Under the pieces are notes generated by a model. The model ran no database searches and was not told where the DNA came from. It saw only the letters and a list, made by a program, of their open reading frames with translations. A program made the position numbers and the translations under genes. A stretch of 64,000 nt of DNA from an uncultured Gammaproteobacteria bacterium (lineage in GTDB: Bacteria; Patescibacteriota; Microgenomatia; UBA1406; HO2-37-13b), in the NCBI GenBank assembly GCA_964422025.1, contig CAYQYZ010000007.1, positions 458-64,457 of the forward strand, given 5' to 3'. Every line of letters begins with the position of its first letter. Positions within the stretch are counted from its first letter, which is position 1. Of the stretch, positions 34,552 through 43,585 are shown piece by piece.

Positions 34552-35520
34552 TTACAATATTACTCCATTTGCCGCGATTAACAAGCTCAGTAAAATAAAT
34601 GCGACGAAAATAAAATGGGCTAGGTGTTTTCCGACAACTCGATAGGTTTTAAGCTTGTAGCCGTAATAAAAGTCGAGCAGAAGTGTTGCAAGCAGCATTC
34701 CAAAGAGCGTGAATGTTGCGGCTTTAGGCAGCGAACGCATGAGGCCAGCAACGAGTCCGGGTTTGGCGGTGGTTGATGCTTGAAGGCCAGATACAATAGT
34801 GGCGGGGGAAGGAGAGATGGACTCTTCTTGAGCGACTACAGTCGGCTCAGGAGTAGGCTCTGATGTAGGTTGTGCGGTGGGTAAAGCGGGACGACGGGTC
34901 GGAGCAGGTTCCTGGGCGTTTGCCGCAGTCGTGAAGGAAGTCGCAACGGTGCTTCCTGATGGTTTTCCAAACATTTGAACAACGACAGTAGTTTCTGAAC
35001 CAGTTAGTGTGCCGTTACAGGTGGCAAATCCAACATCTTGGTATTTTCCATTTAATATGTTGGCGGCGTGCGTTGGGGAAGCCATCCAGGCGTTTACGAC
35101 GCTGTTTGAATCGTTAAAATCTTTTGCTAAATTCTCACCGGCTGTTTCGTATTTGTATCCGGATTGTCCTATGAAAAACCAGGGCGTGGTTCCGTCGGGG
35201 GCGTAGTGCGACCAAAAGTTATCGGCGAGCATTTTTCCACATTTGCCGGCAGCCGCTGATGAAAGTTGTCCATTTAAATTAAGTGCGGGAAGTCCGCTAT
35301 TGGTTCGTTGTTGATTGGTTAATGAAAGAAGAGCGCCGACGTTGATGTCTTGGGCAATTCCCAAAACTGACCCGGCCGGAAGAAGCGCATTGCTTGAATA
35401 TGAAAATGACAAAACAAGTGCGCCAATGAGGTATACGGTGAGTGAGCTAATATGGAGTCCATGAGCCCGGTAATTATTATGGTGGGATGGGATAAAAAAG
35501 CGGTGTAGGAATGATTTCAT
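34552..35520 (-). CDS. CAP (SCP/PR1-like) domain protein with PT-rich linker and C-terminal TM helices
   Basis: NQQRTNSGLPAL...AGENLA...WMASPTHAANIL are CAP/YkwD-type motifs. Confidence 0.8.
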   Translation of the reverse strand: MKSFLHRFFIPSHHNNYRAHGLHISSLTVYLIGALVLSFSYSSNALLPAGSVLGIAQDINVGALLSLTNQQRTNSGLPALNLNGQLSSAAAGKCGKMLADNFWSHYAPDGTTPWFFIGQSGYKYETAGENLAKDFNDSNSVVNAWMASPTHAANILNGKYQDVGFATCNGTLTGSETTVVVQMFGKPSGSTVATSFTTAANAQEPAPTRRPALPTAQPTSEPTPEPTVVAQEESISPSPATIVSGLQASTTAKPGLVAGLMRSLPKAATFTLFGMLLATLLLDFYYGYKLKTYRVVGKHLAHFIFVAFILLSLLIAANGVIL

Positions 35521-35924
35521 AACAGATATTTAGTAACAAATCGAAGGTTACTTTTTATATAGTACCAGATAATCATAATCCCTGCAAAATCGATGACTAC
35601 ATCGCGCAGTTTCCCCTCACGGGTTGGAACAAGGGTTTGATGGTATTCATCGGAGATGGCATATAGGAGAGTGAGGAGAATAGCAGCGAGAAGGGTGTTT
35701 TTTTTGGGAATGATGTTTGTTTGATGCAGGGCGCGGAACCAGAGGTAATACAGGAATGCGTATTCGACCATGTGAAGTGTTTTGAATAGAATGAAATCAA
35801 ACGTGGTTTGTTGAACGAGGGAAAAGTGTGGGTGCGACGAAAAGTAATAAATAGCGCTCATCCAGGCGACCAAGGGAAGCCAATAGAGGAAAATATTTTT
35901 GATCGAAAATGAATTGGGGGCCAT
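35517..35924 (-). CDS. VanZ family membrane protein
   Basis: DEYHQTLVPTREGKLRDVVIDFAG motif. The alternative start at Met22 (35861) gives an ATGA overlap with the upstream gene. Confidence 0.7.
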   Translation of the reverse strand: MAPNSFSIKNIFLYWLPLVAWMSAIYYFSSHPHFSLVQQTTFDFILFKTLHMVEYAFLYYLWFRALHQTNIIPKKNTLLAAILLTLLYAISDEYHQTLVPTREGKLRDVVIDFAGIMIIWYYIKSNLRFVTKYLL

Positions 35925-37207
35925 ATTTTCATTCTATATAAAATGTAGATGATATTCAGTAAGGAAATGCCGGCTGCGCTGGTAGCTCCGGTTTTGATGA
36001 AGCTTTCTAGGGATGGGTGGCGGAACATGTTGCTAGGAAAGTTGAGGGTTCGGGCGGGTTCGTGTTGATAGTCGGTTTGTTGGGGAAAGGTTGAATCGTG
36101 ACCGATGCCTTGGAAAGCGGTAACGGAGATATCGGTAGGGTAGGAAGAGTCGTCTGAGCTTTCTAAATCAGTACCTAGGACCGTTGCTATATCGCTCTCA
36201 TCCTCTCCCACGAGCTCTCTTTGGGCTGCGCCGATTATGTTTGTTGTGCTTGTAGGGCCAATAATGCATGAGCCATTAGAGTCATTTTTTGTAGGAAGAG
36301 CAATACAAATTTCATGTGAGTTTAAATCGTTTCTCGAAATACTTTTTCCTTGTTGGGCTCGAGAATAAGAAAAATAGTCTTTTTGCATTCTTTCATTGTC
36401 TAGCAGGCGGACTGAGTCGCCGTCGTTGTTAAAAAGTGCCGATTGCATGTCGATTGTGGCGTACGATTTTGGATTAATGGTGAGGGTGAACGCTTGAGGG
36501 CTACTTCCCGCGTTTTCAATGTCGTCAATGAACCAGGAGTTTAGAGTGATTGTGTGGTCATTATTGTTGAAAAGTTCGACCCATTCATGTTGGCCCGATT
36601 CGGGGGTCGTGAGGGCTTCGGAAATGAAGATGTTGTCGGCGCCGCCCAGAGAGCTCTGCCCGGCGGGAGATGGAGTAGGAGTGGGTGCGCCTGTTGGCGA
36701 AGGTGTACTCTGCGTTGTTGGAGTAGGTATTGGGCTGGTTCCGCCAGCTGGCGGAGGAGTTGGAAAGATAATGCTTATTGGAATTGCACTCGCTTCTGCT
36801 TCAGAACTCGTGTAACTTCCAGAAGCCGTGTAGCGACGAATTCTTAGGAAAAAAGAGTTTGAAGTGCTCCAGTTGGGTGGAATGCTCGTGAGTCTTGCGG
36901 AGATGGTTGCTAGTTGCATTTCTGAGCTAGCGATGTCGATTGGGGCGTATTTGGTGCCATCTTCTCCGTTATACCACTCTTGGCCGTTGTAGGTTTCACC
37001 GGCGTAGTCTGTTGAGCCTTCTTTATATAGATCAACTCGTAGGTAGTTTTTACCGGCTTTTGCACCGGTAATACTGATGGTTATTGCAAAAGGGTCTTGG
37101 GAGATTGAACTAGGGGATTGGGTGAGGGTTGTGGTGACTGCGTGCACACTCCTTGTAGAGAAAAATAAAAATAGGAAAATGGTGAAAAAATTGAGAAAAA
37201 TTTTCAT
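35858..37207 (-). CDS. secreted protein with lamin-tail domain (LTD)
   Basis: Signal peptide, a PT-rich linker, and an LTD-like HEWVELFNNNDHTITLNSWFIDD...GDSVRLLD block. Confidence 0.65.
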   Translation of the reverse strand: MKIFLNFFTIFLFLFFSTRSVHAVTTTLTQSPSSISQDPFAITISITGAKAGKNYLRVDLYKEGSTDYAGETYNGQEWYNGEDGTKYAPIDIASSEMQLATISARLTSIPPNWSTSNSFFLRIRRYTASGSYTSSEAEASAIPISIIFPTPPPAGGTSPIPTPTTQSTPSPTGAPTPTPSPAGQSSLGGADNIFISEALTTPESGQHEWVELFNNNDHTITLNSWFIDDIENAGSSPQAFTLTINPKSYATIDMQSALFNNDGDSVRLLDNERMQKDYFSYSRAQQGKSISRNDLNSHEICIALPTKNDSNGSCIIGPTSTTNIIGAAQRELVGEDESDIATVLGTDLESSDDSSYPTDISVTAFQGIGHDSTFPQQTDYQHEPARTLNFPSNMFRHPSLESFIKTGATSAAGISLLNIIYILYRMKIWPPIHFRSKIFSSIGFPWSPG

Positions 37208-37226
37208 GGCATGCCTAGCATATCAC

Positions 37227-37308
37227 TCAATTATTAAATTCTTATTAAATATGGCGAGTATTTTGGCAACCTGTCAGGTGGACAGTGCATTGGTAACCTG
37301 TCAGGTTG
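37227..37308 (+). repeat. REP-like cluster (24-nt AT-rich flank + two CAACCT-GTC-AGGT(T/G)G hairpins, linker ACAGTGCATTG)
   Basis: Hairpins lie at 37267..37281 and 37294..37308. The cluster ends 2 nt before the RAYT stop codon. Confidence 0.8.
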
Positions 37309-37309
37309 T

Positions 37310-37948
37310 TTAGTGGAAATCATCCTCTACAAATTCTTTATACTTATTCAAATCATTATTGAAATATTTTAAGACTGGTTCGGTATATGTCAAAGCTAGT
37401 AGATCGGGATTGTTGCCTAGGTAGTCTTTATATGAACTCCATGGATATTCACGAAAAGAATCTCTAAACGTCGCTTTATGTGCTATTGGATTTCGATGCA
37501 CATAGCGGGAAACATTGAGGAGTTGTTGTTCGGTGGTTATAGGAACATCATGAAAGGGACTGAGAAAAAGAGGACCTTTTCGCTCGTGTTGTGTATTATA
37601 TGCTCGAGTAAAAGAATTTGTAATATTTGAAATGAAATCGTGAATTCCGTCTGAAGTACTCTGCTTGAGTATAAAGTGGAAGTGATTTGGCATAAGACAA
37701 TAGGAAATAATTTGAACCCGAAATTTAGCTGTATTATTTAATTGCTTTTTAATTTCACTCTTTTGGCGTGTGTCAAGTCGTTTCCATTTAGAGAAACTTA
37801 ATTGTAGATCGGAAGCTCTGTAATAAAATACGGTAAGAAGGAATCTATTACAAAGGGAAGTATCGAGAAATGGAGTTTTACTATCAACGGTTTTATTAAA
37901 AATATGGTAGAAATTGCCATTTAAAAAATCTCTTTTTTTGGAAGACAT
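37310..37948 (-). CDS. REP-associated tyrosine transposase-like protein (HUH/Y1 transposase, IS200-like fold)
   Basis: HUH motif YCLMPNHFHFIL and Tyr motif SRYVHRNPI. 212 aa, single domain, with no tnpB partner. Confidence 0.8.
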   Translation of the reverse strand: MSSKKRDFLNGNFYHIFNKTVDSKTPFLDTSLCNRFLLTVFYYRASDLQLSFSKWKRLDTRQKSEIKKQLNNTAKFRVQIISYCLMPNHFHFILKQSTSDGIHDFISNITNSFTRAYNTQHERKGPLFLSPFHDVPITTEQQLLNVSRYVHRNPIAHKATFRDSFREYPWSSYKDYLGNNPDLLALTYTEPVLKYFNNDLNKYKEFVEDDFH

Positions 37949-37973
37949 GCCGTACTATGACATATTTCAATCA

Positions 37974-37998
37974 GAATGTCTACGGACTAGAAGTCACA
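37974..37998 (-). repeat. 25-nt exact repeat (copy 2, reverse complement of 4783..4807) in the RAYT promoter region
   Basis: Supplies TAGACA as the -35 box, followed by N17-CATAGT, 5 nt before the RAYT ATG. Confidence 0.8.
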
Positions 37999-38059
37999 AA
38001 AACATATATTTAGAATGTTGTGACAGTATAAAGAAGTGCTTATAGCAGTTAGTTACTGG

Positions 38060-38101
38060 CAACCCGTCAGGTGGACGGTGCCTATTCAACCTGGTAGGTT
38101 G
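38060..38101 (+). repeat. REP-like hairpin pair (CAACCC-GTC-AGGTGG, linker ACGGTGCCTATT, CAACCT-GGT-AGGTTG)
   Basis: Read directly from the sequence. Lies between the RAYT start and the ftsX stop. Confidence 0.8.
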
Positions 38102-38111
38102 TATTTCTCTT

Positions 38112-39008
38112 TTAAATGTATTTACTCGTGGCGAAGTAGTTTCCAAGAAGTCCAATTATCATGCCAAAAGCGACGGTTAATGTATAGGAAAGAATAATGA
38201 AAACCAGGCTTGGTGGCCACACAGTGAGTTGTAGGTGGGTCAGTCCGTAAAATGAAAGATTAGGAATGCTGCCTAAATAAGAACTTAAGAATGGTTTGAC
38301 TGCAAAAAACGTTCCATAAAAGGTTGCGAATGCTAGTGTTCCACTGACTAATCCAAAAAAGATTCCTTCTTCTAGAAACGGCTTTCGGATATAGAATTTG
38401 GAAGCTCCTAGTAAGCCAAGCAGCTCAATTTCATCCTTTTTAAGTGCGATTTTAAAAGCGGTTGTCGTAACCAAAACAACGATAGACGTAAACATTAAAA
38501 ACGCAAAAATACCAGCGGACACTCCTCGTAATACATTCGTTAATGTATGTAATCGATCAACAATATTTTTTTGAAAGACGACTTCATCTACACCTGGCTG
38601 TTTTTGTAGAAATGCTGCAATTTCTTTTAAATACTCAGGTTTTTTTGCACTAATTTCCAAAGATGCGGGAAGTGTTTCGGCCGAAACAAGTTCCTGCAAC
38701 TGCGGTTCATCGCGACTTATTGAAGTTCGATAAATTTTTAAGGCTTCTTCGCGTGATACGTATTTAATTGAATCAGCTTTTTGAGATTGAAGAATTGCTT
38801 CTTTTAATCGATTGATTTGCTCAAGTTGAGTTGTTGATTCAAAATATACGGTTACTTGCGGACGAGTTTCTACATAGCTCAACAAGCTCGAGAAAAATGA
38901 GGTGAGTGTGAAAAAAAATACGGCCATGAACAAGGTGAAAAACAAAATCATGAACGAAGCGAGTGATTGATAGGGGGTTCGTTTGACTGATTGCACGAAT
39001 GATCTCAT
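38112..39008 (-). CDS. ftsX: cell division permease FtsX
   Basis: Four TM helices with a large extracytoplasmic loop. Overlaps ftsE by 4 nt. Confidence 0.85.
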   Translation of the reverse strand: MRSFVQSVKRTPYQSLASFMILFFTLFMAVFFFTLTSFFSSLLSYVETRPQVTVYFESTTQLEQINRLKEAILQSQKADSIKYVSREEALKIYRTSISRDEPQLQELVSAETLPASLEISAKKPEYLKEIAAFLQKQPGVDEVVFQKNIVDRLHTLTNVLRGVSAGIFAFLMFTSIVVLVTTTAFKIALKKDEIELLGLLGASKFYIRKPFLEEGIFFGLVSGTLAFATFYGTFFAVKPFLSSYLGSIPNLSFYGLTHLQLTVWPPSLVFIILSYTLTVAFGMIIGLLGNYFATSKYI

Positions 39009-39682
39009 AAGTGATATCCTCCGCCGCGTTGATCTTTTATGATCTTTCCATCGGTGAGCGTAATAACGCGTTTTTTGAAGCTATTTACAATCTCTACATT
39101 ATGGGTAGCAATAATAATCGTTCGTTTTTTTTCTAGTTTCTTAAATAATTTCATAATATCCCACGTGGTTTTTGGATCTAAATTTCCAGTGGGTTCATCA
39201 GCAAGTAAAATGTTTCGATCGCCAATGATAGATCGAGCTATTGCAACACGCTGTAACTCTCCAGCAGAAAGTTGTAACGGGAACATGAATTTTTTCTCCT
39301 CAAGTCCCACCAGTGTTAATAATTCTTCAACACTCTCCTTAATCTTTTTATCAGACGTGCCGGTGACTTTTAAACCAAGTGCAATGTTCTCGAACACATT
39401 ATTATTGGTCAGTACTTTAAAATCCTGAAACACCATGCCGATTTTTCGGCGAAGTTTTACGATGTCACTGAATTTTTTATCGGTAATATCTTGGCCATCG
39501 ACCATTATTGAGCCGGCGGTAGGCTTGAGCTGTTTCATGATGAGCTTCAGAATGGTTGTTTTTCCAGCGCCCGACGGACCGACTAAAAAAATAAAGTCGT
39601 TATCTTCTACTTCAAACGAAATATCGGTGAGACCACCGCTGCCGTAAGAATAATTTTTGGATACAGAATCGAATGTGATCAT
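39005..39682 (-). CDS. ftsE: cell division ATP-binding protein FtsE
   Basis: Walker A GPSGAGKTT, ABC signature LSAGELQR and Walker B ILLADEPT. Confidence 0.9.
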   Translation of the reverse strand: MITFDSVSKNYSYGSGGLTDISFEVEDNDFIFLVGPSGAGKTTILKLIMKQLKPTAGSIMVDGQDITDKKFSDIVKLRRKIGMVFQDFKVLTNNNVFENIALGLKVTGTSDKKIKESVEELLTLVGLEEKKFMFPLQLSAGELQRVAIARSIIGDRNILLADEPTGNLDPKTTWDIMKLFKKLEKKRTIIIATHNVEIVNSFKKRVITLTDGKIIKDQRGGGYHL

Positions 39683-39692
39683 ATATGTATAG

Positions 39693-39725
39693 ATCCTGAT
39701 CCGCCACTGGCGGAAAGTTCAGGAT
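39693..39725 (-). other. intercistronic nested stem-loop (ATCCTGA[TCCGCC-ACT-GGCGGA]aagtTCAGGAT)
   Basis: 7-bp outer and 6-bp inner stems. The inner palindrome is a 1-nt variant of TCCGCCAGCTGGCGGA. Confidence 0.5.
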
Positions 39726-39737
39726 GACAAAAGGGCA

Positions 39738-40211
39738 TTAATCTAATACCTCTACAAGTCCAACGTCCATAAGCCATCCGGCCTTTTCAGCTGCAAATGT
39801 TTGGCCCCACACGGTTACTTTATGATCTAGGAATTCCCCAAGATCAACAGTACTTGAAGTTATGTATACATTTTGAGATTTTCCACCGGGCCGTTCCAAA
39901 TGATGACTTCCTTCACCCTCAAAGCCTCCTTCTTTTAGAATTCCTGTTGCTGAATCTTTGAATGTTTCTTTATCTTTTATTCCTGCAGTGTCTTTATGAG
40001 ACTCTTTTTTAGAGTCGGTAGAAGTGGAAGTAAGTGATTTTGCCCGCATGACTGATTGTACCTTGCTGATTCCAAAGCCAGTTATCGCTCCTAGTACAAT
40101 CAAACCCACGAAAATACCCACTAATTTTTGTGTAGAAAATTCAGGCGTTTGTGTGTTTATAGATACAGTATCAGCGTCGTCCATTTTGTGCACTGGCGTT
40201 ACATCGTCCAT
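39738..40211 (-). CDS. hypothetical single-pass membrane protein
   Basis: 157 aa with one TM helix (LVGIFVGLIVLGAITGFGI). No family recognised. Confidence 0.5.
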   Translation of the reverse strand: MDDVTPVHKMDDADTVSINTQTPEFSTQKLVGIFVGLIVLGAITGFGISKVQSVMRAKSLTSTSTDSKKESHKDTAGIKDKETFKDSATGILKEGGFEGEGSHHLERPGGKSQNVYITSSTVDLGEFLDHKVTVWGQTFAAEKAGWLMDVGLVEVLD

Positions 40212-40242
40212 AAAGCTATGGTACCAAATTTAAAAAACAATA

Positions 40243-41244
40243 TCAATGTTTCAAATATGTTTCGATAAATTTGTCAATATTACCTCCTAGAACGCTCTCT
40301 ACATTAGTCTCTTCGTACCCGGTACGAGTGTCTTTGATGAGTTTATACGGATGTAACACGTAGTTGCGGATTTGCATTCCCCATGAAGCCATTTTTGCCC
40401 CTCGCAAGGAATCTAAATGTTTGTTTTTGGAATCTTCTTCGATTTGCCATAATTTAGCTCGAAGGAGTTTGAGCGCATTTTCGCGATTTTGCTCTTGCCG
40501 ACGCTCTTGCTGACAGGTAACAATAATACCGGTTGGCTTGTGAATTAATCGAACAGCAGTTGAAACTTTATTTACATTTTGACCACCATGCCCCCCCGCT
40601 CGATAAAACTGCCATTCAATATCTTCATCTTTAATCTCGACCTCACGTTCTTGAATGATAGGGAGGACCTCCACGAGTGCAAAGGAGGTTTGGCGTAGAT
40701 CATTTGCATTAAATGGAGATTGTCGAACTAAGCGGTGAACTCCAGCTTCTGCATGCAAATATCCGTACGCGTATGGACCTTCGATATTGAGCACAACACT
40801 CTTAATTCCAGCCTCTTCACCTTGAATATAATCAACAATTTCGATTTTGTAACCCTTCTTTTCAAAATAGCGCATGTACATGCGATACAGCATTTCAGAC
40901 CAATCCATGGCCTCTGTTCCACCTTGGCCGGCGTGGATTGCAAAAATAGCATCACCAGAATCGTAGGGACCTGAAAGGAACAGAAGAATTTCATAATCAT
41001 CGAGCATTTTTTCCAAGTCTGTAGTATCTTCCTCGCCCAACATCAGCTGCATAAGTTCAATATCGTCGACTTGTTTTTTAAGCGCGGTAATTTCTTTCAT
41101 AACCTTGCCTGATTCTTCCGGATTGCTCCAAAAAGACGCGTCGTAGGTTTTTTTCTCAAGATCTGCAAGGTGAGTCTTTTTCTCAGTAAGATTGACTTTG
41201 GTAATAAGCGCGTTCACACGCTCTTCTAATTGTGCTTTGTCCAT
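40243..41244 (-). CDS. prfB: peptide chain release factor 2 (contiguous ORF, no programmed frameshift)
   Basis: SPF tripeptide (RQSPFNAN) and GGQ motif ([10 protein letters not shown]). TATAAT lies 6 nt upstream of the ATG. Confidence 0.9.
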   Translation of the reverse strand: MDKAQLEERVNALITKVNLTEKKTHLADLEKKTYDASFWSNPEESGKVMKEITALKKQVDDIELMQLMLGEEDTTDLEKMLDDYEILLFLSGPYDSGDAIFAIHAGQGGTEAMDWSEMLYRMYMRYFEKKGYKIEIVDYIQGEEAGIKSVVLNIEGPYAYGYLHAEAGVHRLVRQSPFNANDLRQTSFALVEVLPIIQEREVEIKDEDIEWQFYRAGGHGGQNVNKVSTAVRLIHKPTGIIVTCQQERRQEQNRENALKLLRAKLWQIEEDSKNKHLDSLRGAKMASWGMQIRNYVLHPYKLIKDTRTGYEETNVESVLGGNIDKFIETYLKH

Positions 41245-41266
41245 GGGAGTATTATACCTGAACTGA

Positions 41267-41308
41267 CAACCTCTTAGGTTGGTAGTGCGTGTTCAACCTC
41301 TTAGGTTG
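41267..41308 (+). repeat. REP-like hairpin pair (2 x CAACCT-CTT-AGGTTG, linker GTAGTGCGTGTT)
   Basis: Both hairpins are perfect. They lie between the stop of the 487-aa gene (41313) and the prfB promoter. Confidence 0.85.
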
Positions 41309-41312
41309 AAAA

Positions 41313-42776
41313 TTATTCAAAGTCGGTTCCTACGATAATTATCACATCTGAAGCCTCGTCTGCATCAAGCGCGGTGGATTTGGTGAGTTTTACATTTTCG
41401 CTCAGATCCTTTTTCAGAATTTCGAAAATTGCTTTTTTATCATCCTTCACTTGTACTTCTGTTATTTTGTAATCAAATTTATCAGCATTTGCGGTTAGAA
41501 TATCTACATATCCGGCTTTTTTCAAAATGTCTTTGACTTCGCTTGCTTTTCCAACAGTTCCAGAGCCGTTTAGAATTTTAATGCGAACATCTTCTTTTTT
41601 AAATGCAGGCGTAGGAGCTTTGCTTGGTTCCACCTTTTCTTTAGGAGCCTCGGTAGGAGCTAAAACGATTGGCTTAGACGTATCTCCTTGATTACTAATT
41701 GAATTCAGCACCTTTGGCCCGAAATAAATGAGCGCAAATGAAAGTAAAAATGAGGTTATAAACATGAACATATCGCGCTTTTGAACGGACAACGAAGGTA
41801 ATGATAGTCGTTTACCGTTGTCATTTCCACTTATCTTCATAGGTTTAAAATTTCCATCACCTAGAATCGAAAATTGTGGGTTTTCAGTAGCTAAAATAAA
41901 TCCTCCTAGTGGGGCATCGAATTTCAAAAATGGCAACTCGCCCTTATCAGGAGTAACAAGAAGTTTTAAGTAATCCTGATAAAAGTTAACGACGATTTTC
42001 TCAAGAGGATTTGTCCAAATTCCCACTTTTTTAGTAAATAAATCTTGTCGAACTGTTTTTGATTTTTCACCCGAAAGCACCAAGCGATCAACTTTTTGAA
42101 CTTTTTCTTTTAATTCATCAGCTTTTTTCTTGAGCGTTCCTTCCATATCGGAAGATAAATCCATACGAGTATCCTCCAAGAGTCCTAAGGAGTCATAATG
42201 GAACGCAAATGATTTTTTTTCATCGTACGATGCGTAAATAATACGTTCTTTTTTGTCTTTTTTGAGCGTTTTTTCAAATAATTTAAAGTACCCAACCGTT
42301 TCAGGAACAACCGATTTAATATTCAGTCCAAGCAAGCTAAATACTTCTTGGAATTTAGCGAATGATTCCCTTTGAACGGCAAAAAATTGAACAGCCGATT
42401 CATTCTGCATGCGCAAAACAAGGTAATTGTAGAAAGATGAGTCAAGGTCAAAAGGCAAGCTTGAACGAGCTTTATCTTTAATAAACGGAATAATGGCGCT
42501 TTCTTGAATATCTGCGGGAACGCTGTAGCGGGCAAATGCAAATAACTCTTGGGGGAGAATTAAATACACATCATGATCCTTAACCTCGGTAGGAGTGGCC
42601 CCTGTTATTGCCTCTTTAATCGCGCTCGCCAGAACATCTACGCTCCCAACTTGGCCATTTGTAAGCAAATCAACCGTGTGAGTTTTCTCGAAAGTCGACA
42701 GATTATACTGTCCGAGCATTGTTTTGGAAAGAGAAACGAGTTCGATGGTGTTGGAACTGATAAATAAATAGATCAT
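41313..42776 (-). CDS. membrane protein with PilM/actin-like N-terminal region and LytR_C C-terminal domain
   Basis: The C-terminal block VRIKILNGSGTVGKASEVKDILKKAGY is LytR_C-like. One central TM helix. The N-terminal resemblance to PilM is weak. Confidence 0.5.
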   Translation of the reverse strand: MIYLFISSNTIELVSLSKTMLGQYNLSTFEKTHTVDLLTNGQVGSVDVLASAIKEAITGATPTEVKDHDVYLILPQELFAFARYSVPADIQESAIIPFIKDKARSSLPFDLDSSFYNYLVLRMQNESAVQFFAVQRESFAKFQEVFSLLGLNIKSVVPETVGYFKLFEKTLKKDKKERIIYASYDEKKSFAFHYDSLGLLEDTRMDLSSDMEGTLKKKADELKEKVQKVDRLVLSGEKSKTVRQDLFTKKVGIWTNPLEKIVVNFYQDYLKLLVTPDKGELPFLKFDAPLGGFILATENPQFSILGDGNFKPMKISGNDNGKRLSLPSLSVQKRDMFMFITSFLLSFALIYFGPKVLNSISNQGDTSKPIVLAPTEAPKEKVEPSKAPTPAFKKEDVRIKILNGSGTVGKASEVKDILKKAGYVDILTANADKFDYKITEVQVKDDKKAIFEILKKDLSENVKLTKSTALDADEASDVIIIVGTDFE

Positions 42777-42868
42777 AGCTGTAAATTCATGATACCGCGT
42801 GCAAATTCAAAAGGCAAGAGGATCTTTTGCTCAAAAATAGCCTGGTGACTGGTATAATATGCATCATA

Positions 42869-42951
42869 CCAGGGATGCCGGAGTGGCCAATCGGAACAGA
42901 CTGTAAATCTGTCGTCGCAAGACTACGGAGGTTCGAATCCTCCTCCCTGGA
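42869..42951 (+). tRNA. tRNA-Tyr (GTA), type II with long variable arm, no encoded CCA
   Basis: Acceptor CCAGGGA/TCCCTGG, anticodon arm ACAGA-CTGTAAA-TCTGT and T arm GGAGG-TTCGAAT-CCTCC. Closely parallels E. coli tRNA-Tyr. TGGTATAAT lies upstream. Confidence 0.9.
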
Positions 42952-42967
42952 CACAATTTGATGAAGT

Positions 42968-43585
42968 ATGAAACTCTTTCTCGCGTCTGAAGCTAAACAC
43001 CCAGAATCAATAAAAAAGCTTGATGAATTTGTTGGTGGATTTGAAGGAAAACGAATCGCATACATTCCCACTGCAGCTAATGGTGAGCAAGGCTGGGAAT
43101 CATGGAAAGAAGGTGGATCATGGAAAATAGTAAATACACTCGGTGCAGATATAACCGTTTTTCAGTTGGAAGAATATCGAAATCAGAATATGCAAACAGT
43201 TTTAGAAGGCTTTGATATAATCTGGTTCGCCGGCGGTATGCCGGGCTATTTAATGTATTGGATAAAAAGTGTCGGGCTAGATAAATCTCTCAAACTGCTC
43301 CTCGAAAAAGGTGCTATCTACGTCGGCTCAAGCGCCGGTGCAATGGTGGCAAGTAAATCGCTCGATGTTGCAACATGGGGTTTTGTTGATAATGATTTAG
43401 GAGCAGAAAATATGCCAGGCTTAGGACTGGTTGATTTCGATATTTACCCGCATTATGAAGATTCTTTGCATGAGAAAATTAAGCGTAAATTCAACGGAAA
43501 CAAGCTCTATTTATTGAAGAATAGTGAAGAAATTATTATTGATAATGGGAATATGCATGTTATTGGTGAAGAGAGAGTCATTTGA
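42968..43585 (+). CDS. peptidase S51 (dipeptidase E-like)
   Basis: IAYIPTA, WFAGG and VGSSAGAMV (catalytic Ser) motifs. Confidence 0.75.
   Translation: MKLFLASEAKHPESIKKLDEFVGGFEGKRIAYIPTAANGEQGWESWKEGGSWKIVNTLGADITVFQLEEYRNQNMQTVLEGFDIIWFAGGMPGYLMYWIKSVGLDKSLKLLLEKGAIYVGSSAGAMVASKSLDVATWGFVDNDLGAENMPGLGLVDFDIYPHYEDSLHEKIKRKFNGNKLYLLKNSEEIIIDNGNMHVIGEERVI

Larger units (their letters stand above)
37267..38101 (-). mobile_element. RAYT gene bracketed by REP-like hairpin arrays
   Basis: Arrays lie at 37267..37308 and 38060..38101, both in the same linker orientation. Confidence 0.6.

Noticed and set aside
40243-41244. Programmed +1 frameshift site expected near codon 26 of prfB.
   Set aside because: The 333-aa ORF is contiguous from its ATG through the region homologous to the E. 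coli frameshift site, with no in-frame TGA or CTTTGA-like shift site. The gene is simply unshifted, and its presence supports standard use of UGA as a stop.
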